From NCBI RefSeq assembly GCF_964204645.1, contig NC_134025.1, positions 1,612,001-1,676,000 of the forward strand: DNA of 64,000 nt, read 5' to 3'. The notes beneath the pieces are model-generated. The model made no database searches. It saw only the letters and a program-made list of their open reading frames with translations, and was not told the origin of the DNA. The first letter of the stretch is position 1, and each line of letters opens with the position of its first letter. The DNA is from Tubulanus polymorphus. Its lineage: Eukaryota > Animalia > Nemertea. Both the position numbers and the translations under genes were made by a program. Positions 44,070 to 54,908 of the stretch are shown here, in pieces.

Positions 44070-44372
44070 CTGGACCCCATTCCGCAGTTCTGGACAAAGT
44101 TCTGGAAACAGTTCCGCAGTTCTGGAGACATTTCCACAGTTCTAGAGACAGTTCCGCAGTTCTAGAAACAGTTCCGCAGTTGTGGAGACATTTCCACAGT
44201 TCTGGAGACATTTCCACAGTTCTAGAAACAGTTCCGCAGTTCTGGAGACATTTCCACAGTTCTGGACACAGTTCTACACTCGGTTCCAAAGTTATGAGTT
44301 CAGATTTGACTCATGCATCGAAAATGAACCAATATCAACTCAGAGTTAACTCACAATGTGGAACCGGTCCTG
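44070..44372. mobile_element. MITE family B copy whose left end has expanded into a 20-bp minisatellite (44081-44280)
   Basis: About 9-10 units of (g/t)ttcc(g/a)cagttct(g/a)ga(g/a)aca, followed by the family B body (agatttgac...catcgaaaatgaac...ctcagagttaac...tcacaa..tgtggaac.ggtcc). Confidence 0.8.
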
Positions 44373-46069
44373 CCTATGGTTTTTTATGATTTTGATATTT
44401 TCTACTATTTTTCAACATAATTTACAGAATTATTTGAACAAATTGGTATATATATGTAAATTTTGTAACACCATCAACGTATCATTTGTCAATCATGGCC
44501 AGATGTCTTAAACTATTGACAAATTACACCACCAATCACCGTTCCAATGGTCATCTATCATTACTGGTGCTAGATTTTAGATTTACAGTATTGTTATGGT
44601 ATCTCGGTTGGATTTATGTTTGTAGAAATATTGCAGTATCCTCTGTAATATTTTTGTTATATCACTGTTGAATATTGTATTTAGCTTAAACTCGCTCATC
44701 CTAAAGCCGATCACTGCGCGTGACGTATACAAATAGGTCACATGGAAACTGACCGGTAGTGATACTCTATGTAATTGTAGAAAATGGTTTTAAACCAGTT
44801 TATGCTGATTGTTTATCTTCTTCTTACGTCGATTCAGTCTACAACAACCTGTGTTCGATAAAACATTGTATTTTTTCATCAAACTGCGATGAAATGTTGT
44901 AAAATTCTAAATATTGTGTGATTAATTTTGTGAAATTGGCTCAAGCAGAAATGTTTAGATTGACCATTCATGGCGCGTGTACTCAAAGCCGAAGCTGTAA
45001 AAGTTCGCCACATTTTCTCTGCAGCACAAAACTGGCAATATTTGTGTATAAATCCTGTGTCATACAAATACCCATCAATATACACAAAAAGTCTATATTC
45101 ATTAAAAAGCATCACAAACTTTTATTTGTAGCAAGAAATATACAATACCAGCGTCAAAAAATGCATTAAAAGCAACAGCGTTGGTTTTAGTTAACTGGAA
45201 ATCCACCAGATGTCGTTCGAAGATGAGAAGATACTCCTGATCGATTTATAAGAAACGATAGAAATAAGTTCATCTATGCTATAAACATTCATTGACTGAC
45301 AGAAATATCATCATAAACTGCATAATTCTTTTGTAAGCGAACTGATAACAACGAAGCCAATTTTTGAAACTTTAGAAACCCGACGTCATTCAGGGATCTG
45401 GATGTTAAATACACTTTTATCAATTAGAACACATTGCGTCGTTTTTTGTTTGTCCAGAAATTTCATCGGAAAATTTCTAAAAAATTAGATCATTGTATAT
45501 ATCAGAAAACGTTTTTAATAGTAAATGTCACTATGATTATATTTAGAACTTGAAAACCTGTTTGGCTCAGACAGTCTTTACTATTAGCTACGCTTACGTA
45601 CATTCCATCTAGGTTTGGTTTACATTGACGTAAACTTTTACGGATTTCACCTGGGTTTTTTCTAGCATGAAACAAAAAGATTCCAGGGTTAATAGTAAGT
45701 GCCAGAACTACTGAAATACGTAGACAGAATACAAAAATCACTCAGACAGGTGTCTATTACGTTTAGAGACCCACCTCCAGGAATCCCCGTCGGGAACTAC
45801 TTTCAAGATGGCGTCTGGCCGGAAATAACGTGCGTATGTAAGACTTAAGATTAATGATGATTGGCGGTAGTGACGTCATTGCTACCAGGGTATCCCGGCC
45901 GTTCCGTGCGTTAGTTAAACGCGGTGAAAACATTCAGTATATATAGATTACTAAAAATACCCCTTTTTCTTATTTCGTCATCGCACGTTCTTCCGATCAT
46001 CGAACCTTATCCGAATTCTTGTACCGAATGTTAAGTGAATTAATGAAAATCTCCTGCTTCGTTATCATC

Positions 46070-46181
46070 AGGGTCCAGTTCCACAGTTCTGAGTTAAGAT
46101 TTGACCCTGGGTTAAAACATCGAAAATGAACTAACTTTAACTCAGAGTTAACACTAACTCACAACTGTGGAACTGGGTCCA
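46070..46181. mobile_element. MITE family B, near-intact copy
   Basis: TIRs GGTCCAGTTCCACAGTT ... AACTGTGGAACTGGGTCC around a 112-bp element. Confidence 0.8.
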
Positions 46182-46590
46182 GGTTTTTTAATGTACGTTT
46201 ATTCAATACATTTTAGCCAATCTAGTACCTTAGCAATGGGGCATATCACATAATTTAATGAGCATCAAAAGAAAAACATCGGAATCTCAATTTTGAAGAT
46301 ACACAGAACGAACTTATGAATTTAAACTTGTTTTATTATTTGACATCAGTTCAATATTTCTTATCTAACCGTTAGAATTTCAGAGCGATTTGACATTTTA
46401 AGGGGGTGGGCATCACCTTCACCTCCTCCCAATGGATCCACCCCTGCACCTGACGGTGGTCTCTAGAGAGAGTCCAAAACATCTTTTTATTTTGATCTTA
46501 CGTTTTGATGAATAATTGTCGTTTTTAATCATTTCAATTCGTATATAGCGGGTTGGTTTACAATTTGGTTGCATTTGACGCAGATGATGA

Positions 46591-49500
46591 TTATATCACA
46601 GATTTACTATTGGTGAAACAAATATTACCTGTTGCATCTACGGTAGCGGCAGTGGCATTGGCAGGGGCAGTGGCAGTGGCAGGAGCAGGAGCAGCGGCAG
46701 GAGCTGTGGCAGGAGCAGCAGCAGCGGCAGGAGCAGGAGCTTTGGTAGTGGCAGCGGCAGGAGCAGGAGCAGTGGCAGGAGCAGGAGCAGCGGCAGGAGC
46801 TGTGGCAGGAGCAGCAGCAGCGGCAGGAGCAGGAGCTTTGGTAGGAGCAGCGGCAGGAGCAGAAGCAGTGGTAGGAGCAGCGGCAGGAGCAGGAGCTTTG
46901 GTAGTGGCAGTGGCAGGATCCGGAGTAGTGGCAGGAGCAGAGGCAGGAGCAGTGGCAGGAGCAGTGGCAGTGGCAGTGGCAGTAGCAGGAGCGGCAGTGG
47001 CAGGAGCGACAGTAGCAAGAGCAGCGGCAGGAGCTGTGGCAGCGGCAGGAGCTGTGGTAGGAGCAGGAGCAGGAGCAGTGGCAGGAGCAGGAGCAGGAGC
47101 AGTGGCAGGAGCTGTGGCAGGAGGAGCAGGAGGAGCAGGAACAGTTTCCTGTTTGCGACGATAAACAATTTTAACGAGAGTTGCGTGTCCAGAATGACAT
47201 GACGTAATGACACCGATTCTGCTTTTAATGAATAATGAAAACTCAACTCAAGTAATTGTCAACAAATTGTTTTGTCTTGTTCAAATCTATGACGCAGAAA
47301 TATAAAATGTATTTATAGACCTAATATAAACGACTCGTAATATTGAGGATTGAAATTGTCTTGATTTGCTAAACCATGGACTCTTCGTTTTAGAGTCCAT
47401 GGTCGAAATCATCAATGCTGACCTTTCATTTCAAGTAATGCAAATGACGTCACAGCGTCACAGGCCAATATGACAACGTGTGGCGTTCCATGCATTACAG
47501 CTATACACAACAGAATAAACAGTTGATTCAAATTATTTTACATATTTTACATATATGGATTTAGTAATATTAAAATTTCTTCAATCATTTTCTGAATAAG
47601 AACGTGCAATTCTTTAGCTGTTTAAATGACCAGAGCGGGATTCGAACCCACGACCTCCGTACTATCGCACGGTGCTCTACCGCAGAGCTTTCAAGTCTGA
47701 TACGTCAGCGAAAGAATGCGCAAATCTCTTCAGATTCAAGAAATTATATACCCAACCACCCGACGGTGTTTTAGATTCCCAATTATACATCTATTATCAT
47801 TAATGATGTCATTTCAAAACTTTACATTTTAACTGGAGAAATCTGAATATATATTTAGTATTGCATATCAAAATATGGGTCTTATCGATCAAGATTTCAA
47901 TACGAGCTTCTGATCGGGATTTAGCTCTTCATGATTAACACATATCAACAGGAAATTTATGAATTTAACTTATTCATTTCTCCATTCATAGAAAATCAAA
48001 TTAACCCAGATGTCAGTTGAGTTTTTCCGACTTCTCTTGAGCGCCCATGAATAAATTTTTTGTAAGGGGAAAGTGTCGTACACATCGTGTAGAAGACCCT
48101 CCGCTAAAAACAAGTCGGAAACCCTTTTATTTCCCTGATTCTAAACTCGGTGTAATATCTACAGCAGTCTAAACGCTACCGAGTTCCCTGATTCTCAACT
48201 CGGTGAAATATTTACAGCAGTCTCAACTCTACCGAGTTCCCTGATTCTCAACTCGGTGAAATATTTACAGCAGTCTAAACGCTACCGAGTTCCCTGATTC
48301 TCAACTCGATGAAATATTTACAGCAGTCTCAACGCTACCGAGTTCCCTGATTCTCAACTCGGTGAAATATTTACAGCAGTCTCAACGCCACTGTAGTTAT
48401 AGTTCACTGTATATATGTATACGTAAAAATAAGATATGTATGAAGAGAAAAGTATATATTATGAAAAAGTCATTAGTTCAATAATTGGTTTCTATTCGGT
48501 ATCGGATTTATATATAGTCACATGCATGCGATTACTCTCACCTTGGAGTATAGACTCCAAGTTATCCAATTAGCGCGCCGAGTATCCCGAACTGGAAAAA
48601 CAAATAATCCGTCCACACGCATAATACAAACTATATCCGATACTGATAATCCGGTAATCCTCTTAAATCTCGGCACAGATTATGAAATAAATCCGACGCA
48701 TCATTCTGTAATAAACTTATCCAAGTGTCGCAATTTTCACCGATTTTTTCTTATACGAAAATTAATTCAACAACTGCGAAACGTTTTTGTTTAAATCTCA
48801 TGTGCTCTTTATTTCGTTTCATTTAGTTGTGGTTGTTGTTGTTGTTGGTTGTTGTTGTTAGGACGAGTTTGTTAATATTCGGTAGAATGCATACGGAGTA
48901 TATCCTTCATAACGTCTTCCTTCAGGAGCGTATAACTAAGAAATAATCAGATTGTAGCATTTCACCGACTGAAATATCCACGAGTTTTACGTCAGCCAGG
49001 CAAGCGGTTTCTAATTTTGACATCGGTCCAGAAAACTGGTTTGATGGTATACAATGAGTGGCAAATACCAGCCTTGAACGACCTTTCAGTATCGAATAGG
49101 TTAAAAACGTGTGCAGGGTACCTGTGAATACAACAAACGCAAATAAGTTAAGTTATGCCAGCCCTGTTGAAACCGCTGACGTAGGTGGAATGCGCATAAA
49201 ACGTGAAAGTATCGCAAGCTTCCGCGCCAAGCTTTAGAACACGCTGAATATACGTCAGTGCTACGTCAATAGCTCTATGGAAACGTAGCGTAAGAACGCT
49301 GGAATGACGCAAACGGCCGCAGCTCAACGCCAAGATCAATTCAGCCCCTGTGATTTAAGCGTTAGGGTGGTATTAAAACCGCAATTTGATCGGAAATTAC
49401 GTAGGTTGTTCTGAGATCCAGGGGTTACTCGTTTTATCAGGGGTCGCCATTTGTTGCGACAAGACAAAATGCGGGTCCCAATCAAACTTTCGTCCAAGTC

Positions 49501-49782
49501 ATATTAATTTTTGAATGTAGATTTGTATGTTTTTGTACAACACGAACAAAGTATAGAAATTCAGATGAACTCTACGGACGGTCACTGAGGCAATATTTTG
49601 AGAAATCATTTTAATAATGAATGTAGGTAAATATTATAATATAGATCTAAATCAAGAGAAATTGATCGCTTCGTTTAAAAAACAAACCTAGTTTTCCATC
49701 GTCCACGAGTGGAATACAATTTGCGTAACTTACCGATATTATCTTTCCGACCGTGTAGAAATTTCCAGGGTAAGATATCCAT
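46591..49782 (-). CDS. Hypothetical spliced Pro/Ala/Thr-rich protein (218 aa if terminal), or distal N-terminal exons of NR4A
   Basis: Exons 49782-49734 (caaATGg, MDILPWKFLHGRKDNI, donor GTAAGT), 48591-48542 (acceptor TTGTTTTTCCAG, VRDTRRANWITWSLYSK, donor GTGAGA) and 47148-46591 (acceptor AAACAG, ETVPAPPAPPATAPATAP...ATVDATGNICFTNSKSVI*). Phases match with no stops; AATAAA at 46491-46486; internal donor CAG|GTAAT at 46629/46628. Confidence 0.4.
46640..47140. repeat. Low-complexity GCAGGA/GCAGTG-type trinucleotide-phase repeat
   Basis: ~500 bp GC-rich tract with strict 3-nt periodicity and longer internal duplications (e.g. 46672-46750 vs 46771-46845). Confidence 0.9.
47628..47697 (-). pseudogene. 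tRNA-like sequence (SINE head or tRNA pseudogene)
   Basis: Minus strand GACTTGA-AA-GCTCTGCGGTAGAGC-A-CCGTG-CGATAG-TACGG-AGGTC-GTGGG-TTCGAAT-CCCGC-TCTGGTC folds as a cloverleaf with A/B boxes. The 6-nt anticodon loop, a T:T acceptor mismatch and no U8 argue against a functional tRNA. Confidence 0.7.
48131..48390. repeat. 53-bp minisatellite, ~4.9 copies
   Basis: Unit TTCCCTGATTCTCAACTCGGTGAAATATTTACAGCAGTCTCAACGCTACCGAG starts at 48131, 48184, 48237, 48290 and 48343. Confidence 0.95.
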
Positions 49783-51094
49783 TTGAAAATCGGTTTTTCT
49801 CAATTACGATTATCGAATTATATCACAATCGGTGAACGGAAGCACAGATAACGGAAGGTTTAGGCGATAGATAGTAATCTGTTTCATCACGCAACAGAAT
49901 GATTATAATTCCTGCTACTTTGCCCCAACATTCTTTAATTCTCGCATGAAAATGAAAATATTCTTGCAGTGATATTTTTAGATGATAGAAAAGAACATGA
50001 AATAAATGAAACATTTCGAGCTGAAATTTACCTGGTTTCTGTTGTATAGTCCTGTAACGAGTTTGGTCCATTAGAGAGAAGTGCTACTGGGAGAGAAGTG
50101 TTTTCAGTCTATATGTTGTACGGCGTTGTAATCTGTACATTTGACCTTTACATGAGAACGGTTTCAGTGACGACATACCGAGGTAATATCGCGCCCCGTC
50201 ATTTTATTGAAACATTCAGATGATTTTATACACAGGGACGGCGTTGATAATTCTAGCCGCCATTTCGTGTGCATTATATATCATAATCACAAGAAGCGAT
50301 ACAAACTACAATCGTTATTTCAAACACCTAACGTTAATTTTTAAAGAGAAATTTTTTCCAATTCAAACGCTAGAGAAGCCTTTCTTAGCTTGCAAATAGC
50401 AAACCAGCACCATATGAATAACTTGTCATTGTTAATCTACGATTATGTTAGCAATTTGCCCGAACATTTCTAAATGACAATCAATTAGATATCCATCGCG
50501 AAGCCATTGATCACAAGTAAAAAATGATTTTGAAATCGATCACAGATTTTAGTTCTCCATCTATTCAAAATGTCAAACTGTATACGTCAGATTGTGCACC
50601 ACCGTGCCGAGATGTCATAAATCAACAATCGCAATGAAGAGGCCACACGAAGATTCATATTACTGTACATTCTGCGTATAATGACTATTAGAATAATAGT
50701 GGGAACGTCGAATTAACTATGAACATTTCAGACTCTGTGTATATGTACTGTGTATTTCTTGTATGGGATTTTATATTATGCTTAGAACACGGACTCACGG
50801 CTCTTCATCAGAGGTTAACATTTATATTCAGCGTATCGCGAATATGCATCACAGCAATGTTTGTTCATTGCCTCCGTTATTTCGGCGATAATGCCAGAGG
50901 TCACGTTTTTACGTTTATTGATAGCTATTTCAGTATGATTCGAATCGATTCGTGTTCGAAAATAGAAAACACGTTAAATTACCTTCGTAGTGATCGATAT
51001 TATTGAGCAAATATTTAGCTTTAATTCTGTGCTCATGAAACTAGAATTTGAAAAGATAACAAAAATACGAAGAATCTAAATGGGTATTATAATC

Positions 51095-51797
51095 CTGGAG
51101 TCAGTTGCACCAGTCACACGCCGTTAAATCAAAGCCTAATGTCTAAATCAGGTCGCACCAAAATCCGATCCGATCGTCTGCTATTCGGTCTTAAGAACAC
51201 ACTTATCTCACGTCGCGAGGTCGAGTCGCCGAATCGGCCTTGAATCGTTTGTCGGATCTTAGCTATACTCAGGTCACCTGGTCCATGATCGTTTCGAACC
51301 AAATGCTTATGGCACGTGATGTATACATCGCTATTAGACAAGAAGATGGCTAGTAGTTGTTAGCCGAAACGTCGCTCTTCAAATATAATCATTCTGATAT
51401 AGAATTTTTCAATCTTGGCTTCGTTATTTCGGGATTTCTCTCGGCATCGCTATTCATTGGCTACGACCTTACAATCGGTCGTAAGTTCACTCCGGACACA
51501 TTCCATACGACTGAGTCCGATCTTAAGCTTAGACCAGTCTACGACCATTCTACTTCTTTGGCCGATTTTAGAGACAAGTCTTAAGATTGGATGACACTTT
51601 TAATTTTGCTTAGACTTAAGATCAGTCTAAAACCTTCTTAGTTTCACAGCCAAACTAACAGCTAAGGACCGGTTTTTAGATTTAAGATCGATTTGGGACA
51701 CCCTGGACTTAAGTCCGTGGTCTTGAATCTTAAGACTGAGATTGGTCTTTAGTTGTTAGATTGGCTATAGACCAGGATGGTCTTGGACTGGTCTTAT
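51095..51797. mobile_element. Degenerate DNA-transposon-like element rich in CTTAAGAC/GTCTTAAG motifs; related fragments at ~11440-11505 and ~38790-38855
   Basis: CAGTTGCAC end shared with 11442-11450. TTGGTCTTTAGTTGTTAGATTGGCTA (51742-51767) is nearly the reverse complement of 11471-11495. Confidence 0.5.
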
Positions 51798-52635
51798 GTT
51801 TATTTCCTTTGGCCTCTGGTTTATTTCTCGGCGGTTGGGTAGTTATCTGACCTCCCTCACATATGAGTAAGAGACATTTCGAATGGCATTCAGTGGGTTG
51901 AAGGATTTAAAAAGATGAATTACGTTCAAAAACATTTCTAGTACGTTGATGCATTCAAAGACGTCATGAATGAAAACTATGTTTCTACTATTACCGTGAT
52001 ATTCATATGTCATCCGTGACGTCACCACATCTCATATTGATTATAAACTGTCTAGATTTAGGTTTGTTTCTTCTTTTCTCAAAATCAGTTTGACTAATTG
52101 ACGAGCGAACCTGCAGTTTTAAATGTCAATATCTGTTTGAAGACAAATAAGAAAAGATAAATGTTTTGTTAGATTGTTTACGCATTAAGGCAAAGTTGTT
52201 GTTGTCATGTATATTAGTATTTATATTGATATTTGTATTCATCTACACCTCAAGGAAACTCAAACCTTTTCACAATGACATGTGTATGACGTCACAGTTA
52301 TATTCCTTATATAGATAGATACGTCACGAGGTTTCATTTCTGATCAATGTATGAAACCTTTTTTCATGTCATTGTTTGGTTTTTGCTTAGAATGTCGTGA
52401 AGAGTAAATGTATGATACCTCGAGGTGAACTGAACAGCCCTCTCGACACAACTAACGCAATTCATACGCGTAGGTTTTATCTCCATCTAACGTTTAAACT
52501 ATGAAACGTATGTAAAACCATCACAGATTCGATAATCCGTGTCGAACTACTTCAATGAGCGCCATATATCAAAAATATCAAACGTTTGAATGTCATTGAA
52601 TTCTCAGCTTAAACCCACAATTCAGATTGATCACC

Positions 52636-52751
52636 AGGACCCGGTTTCATAGACTGGTATTAACTTTAACCCGGGGGCCAACTCAATTCATTATCAATTG
52701 TGTTATCCCCCCGGGTTAAAGGTAAATACCAGTCTGTGAAACCGTACCCTG
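52636..52751. mobile_element. Palindromic MITE, family A, second copy
   Basis: CGGTTTCATAGACTGGTATT..TTTAACCCGGGGG ... CCCCCGGGTTAAA..AATACCAGTCTGTGAAACCG; homologous to 3736-3832. Confidence 0.75.
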
Positions 52752-53335
52752 ATTATTGTTGAATCTTCACTAAGAGATATATTGCACCTGATGATGATTA
52801 TATTAAAGTGAAGTTTCAGATGGGAACTCGGTGTAGTTTTTCAGTATCGTTTCCAGAATTAGATCGAGGAAACTGAAAACAATATTCAAAATGACCGTTT
52901 TTTTAATTTACTTACTAATATTCCGAACTAATCTCCAATTATTATTAGAAAATCATAATACTTTTGAAAATTTCTGTTGAAATATGATACACATATACCA
53001 TTTTGATTGATTTTGCAGCAGGTTTTTCATATTTTACGATTATTAACGCGAGAATTGTCACAAATTTGACGATTTCAGGCGCGTAATGTTTATTAGTGTA
53101 TTTGTAAAGAAATGGATTTTCTAGTTATTCGACGTAATGCGAATAAATCAAGCGTTTTAATCGCTCAAATCATTTATATTGTGTGAATTTGATCGATTTA
53201 GTACCATGATTATGTATGATTATTTACGCTTGAATTTCTGCCGCGATATAACGATCGAATTCTTCTCGCAGAGGTCAGAAAAAAACTGAGAAAAAATTAT
53301 CATCTTCGCAGACGATCAGTATATCTCGGTTCAGC

Positions 53336-54310
53336 ATGCAGTTTGTAAACGGATCCACGAATAGTCGTATTACTAATACGTATCTTTACGCATTCGTGGT
53401 TCTGTTTCCAGTAAATCCTCCTCATTGGATTCTGAAGACTGTATATCTGTACGGGTTTTCAGTGGTATTTGTAGCTGGTATGACCGGTAACGTTATATCC
53501 ATATTGGTAATGCGTTCTCGCAGGTTTCGACACCGTTCCTACTCTTATTACATGGTGGCATTAGCTGTTTGCGACTCTGGGATTCTGGTCATGCATCTGT
53601 TAGCCTGGATTAACTGTCTGACATCGGAACTACTCGCTGGAAAAATATACATCTTATTCGCCAGTCAATTTGAATGTAGTTTTATGGAATATCTATACGA
53701 TGCAGCTATAACCGTAGAACCGGCGTTTATTTGTACTCTGACATTCGAACGATTGGTTGTAATCTATTCTCCGATTAAAGGCAAAACGATAACAACAGCG
53801 AGAACGGCGAAAATAATGATCGTTTTTATTGTGATATTCTCATTTTTGTTGTCGTCATTTTTACCGTACTATCTCACTTACAGCCACGAACTCGGATGTC
53901 ATCATATCGATGAATTCAGTAGAATCGTCGATTATTTAAGAGGCGTCATCGTGTTCATGTATATTCCTATATTACTGGTATTCGTGTTTAACCTACTGAT
54001 CATCGTATCTCTGAAAAGAGCCGGGAAATCCGTAGCTACAAATACTAAATCGACCGCAAATTCGGCGAAAATAACGCAGACTATTCTGGCGATTTCGTTC
54101 ACTTTCGCGATTTGTCTACTTCCGATGGCGTCGATGATAGCTATAACTAGTGTTAGACCGGATTGGCAGGAAACCCTGGCAATTCCTCTAGAACTCTCTA
54201 AAATGATCTACACTATCAATAACGCTATCAATTTTTACATTTACGCCTGTACTGGTAAAGAAATCAGGGAAGCGGTTGTTGTTTTGTTTACTAAAACCAA
54301 AGATGTTTAA
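53336..54310 (+). CDS. Intronless class A (rhodopsin-like) GPCR, FMRFamide/peptide-receptor-like expanded family, copy A (324 aa)
   Basis: Seven hydrophobic segments; TM1 GN, TM2 LAVCD, TM3 TFERL, ECL Cys pair, TM6 FAICLLP, TM7 NNAINFYIY; N-glycosylation sequon NGS near the N-terminus. Confidence 0.9.
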   Translation: MQFVNGSTNSRITNTYLYAFVVLFPVNPPHWILKTVYLYGFSVVFVAGMTGNVISILVMRSRRFRHRSYSYYMVALAVCDSGILVMHLLAWINCLTSELLAGKIYILFASQFECSFMEYLYDAAITVEPAFICTLTFERLVVIYSPIKGKTITTARTAKIMIVFIVIFSFLLSSFLPYYLTYSHELGCHHIDEFSRIVDYLRGVIVFMYIPILLVFVFNLLIIVSLKRAGKSVATNTKSTANSAKITQTILAISFTFAICLLPMASMIAITSVRPDWQETLAIPLELSKMIYTINNAINFYIYACTGKEIREAVVVLFTKTKDV

Positions 54311-54908
54311 ATCGGCATCTGACGTGATTTGTTTGACACGCGTTTCTTTCGGCTAAACCATTCCAAACCTACCAAACCATTTTATTGTAAACGCCATCGA
54401 CTCATGTCCTTCGGTCTCAAAATACGTTTCCAACAGAGAGAAAGTTTTAGATATTGTTGGGTATGTGTTTATACTTGTTGTGTGGCACTGAAAACTGAAA
54501 ACACTTTCACCAATAATAGTTTCAAATAAATGCTTATGAATTTGAAATAACTTGTTTAACAGACGTTTCTCTTGGCTGTTTTCTATTCCAAATACGTCAA
54601 AATTACACCCGTCATGATATACCGACAATTGACTGAACTCAGACATTCACAGGATTCAAGATTGCAGAAAACCATTCTTTGCTTAGTCTGGAGGTATTAA
54701 CGATGTGGTTTGTAAATGAGATAAGAAATTGGTCCAGATTATGACGTGCGTACGATTTTATATTCCGATAAGATAATGTTTTTTCTTTCATGTTTCTATT
54801 TAAATCAATGACGTGAAACACTATAAAATACATTAAACTCACTACAAATACAATTACTGGATCAAAGACAAATATTCGTTTAATTGTAAGGACGTGTATT
54901 CTATAATA

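Noticed and set aside
44023-44389. Repetitive ORFs of 88 and 115 aa
   Set aside because: Translations of the MITE-derived 20-bp minisatellite.
46553-47246. ORF-track proteins of 203 aa (Ala/Gly/Val, +) and 202 aa (poly-Leu/Pro, -)
   Set aside because: Both are stop-free by-products of the trinucleotide-phase repeat and start at TTG. Splice signals at the repeat edges favour the Pro/Ala/Thr minus frame instead; the + frame cannot be fully excluded.
47628-47697. Functional tRNA gene
   Set aside because: 6-nt anticodon loop, acceptor-stem mismatch and missing U8; better explained as a SINE head or pseudogene.
48131-48390. CRISPR-like appearance of the 53-bp and 20-bp arrays
   Set aside because: No unique spacers, eukaryotic context and no cas genes.
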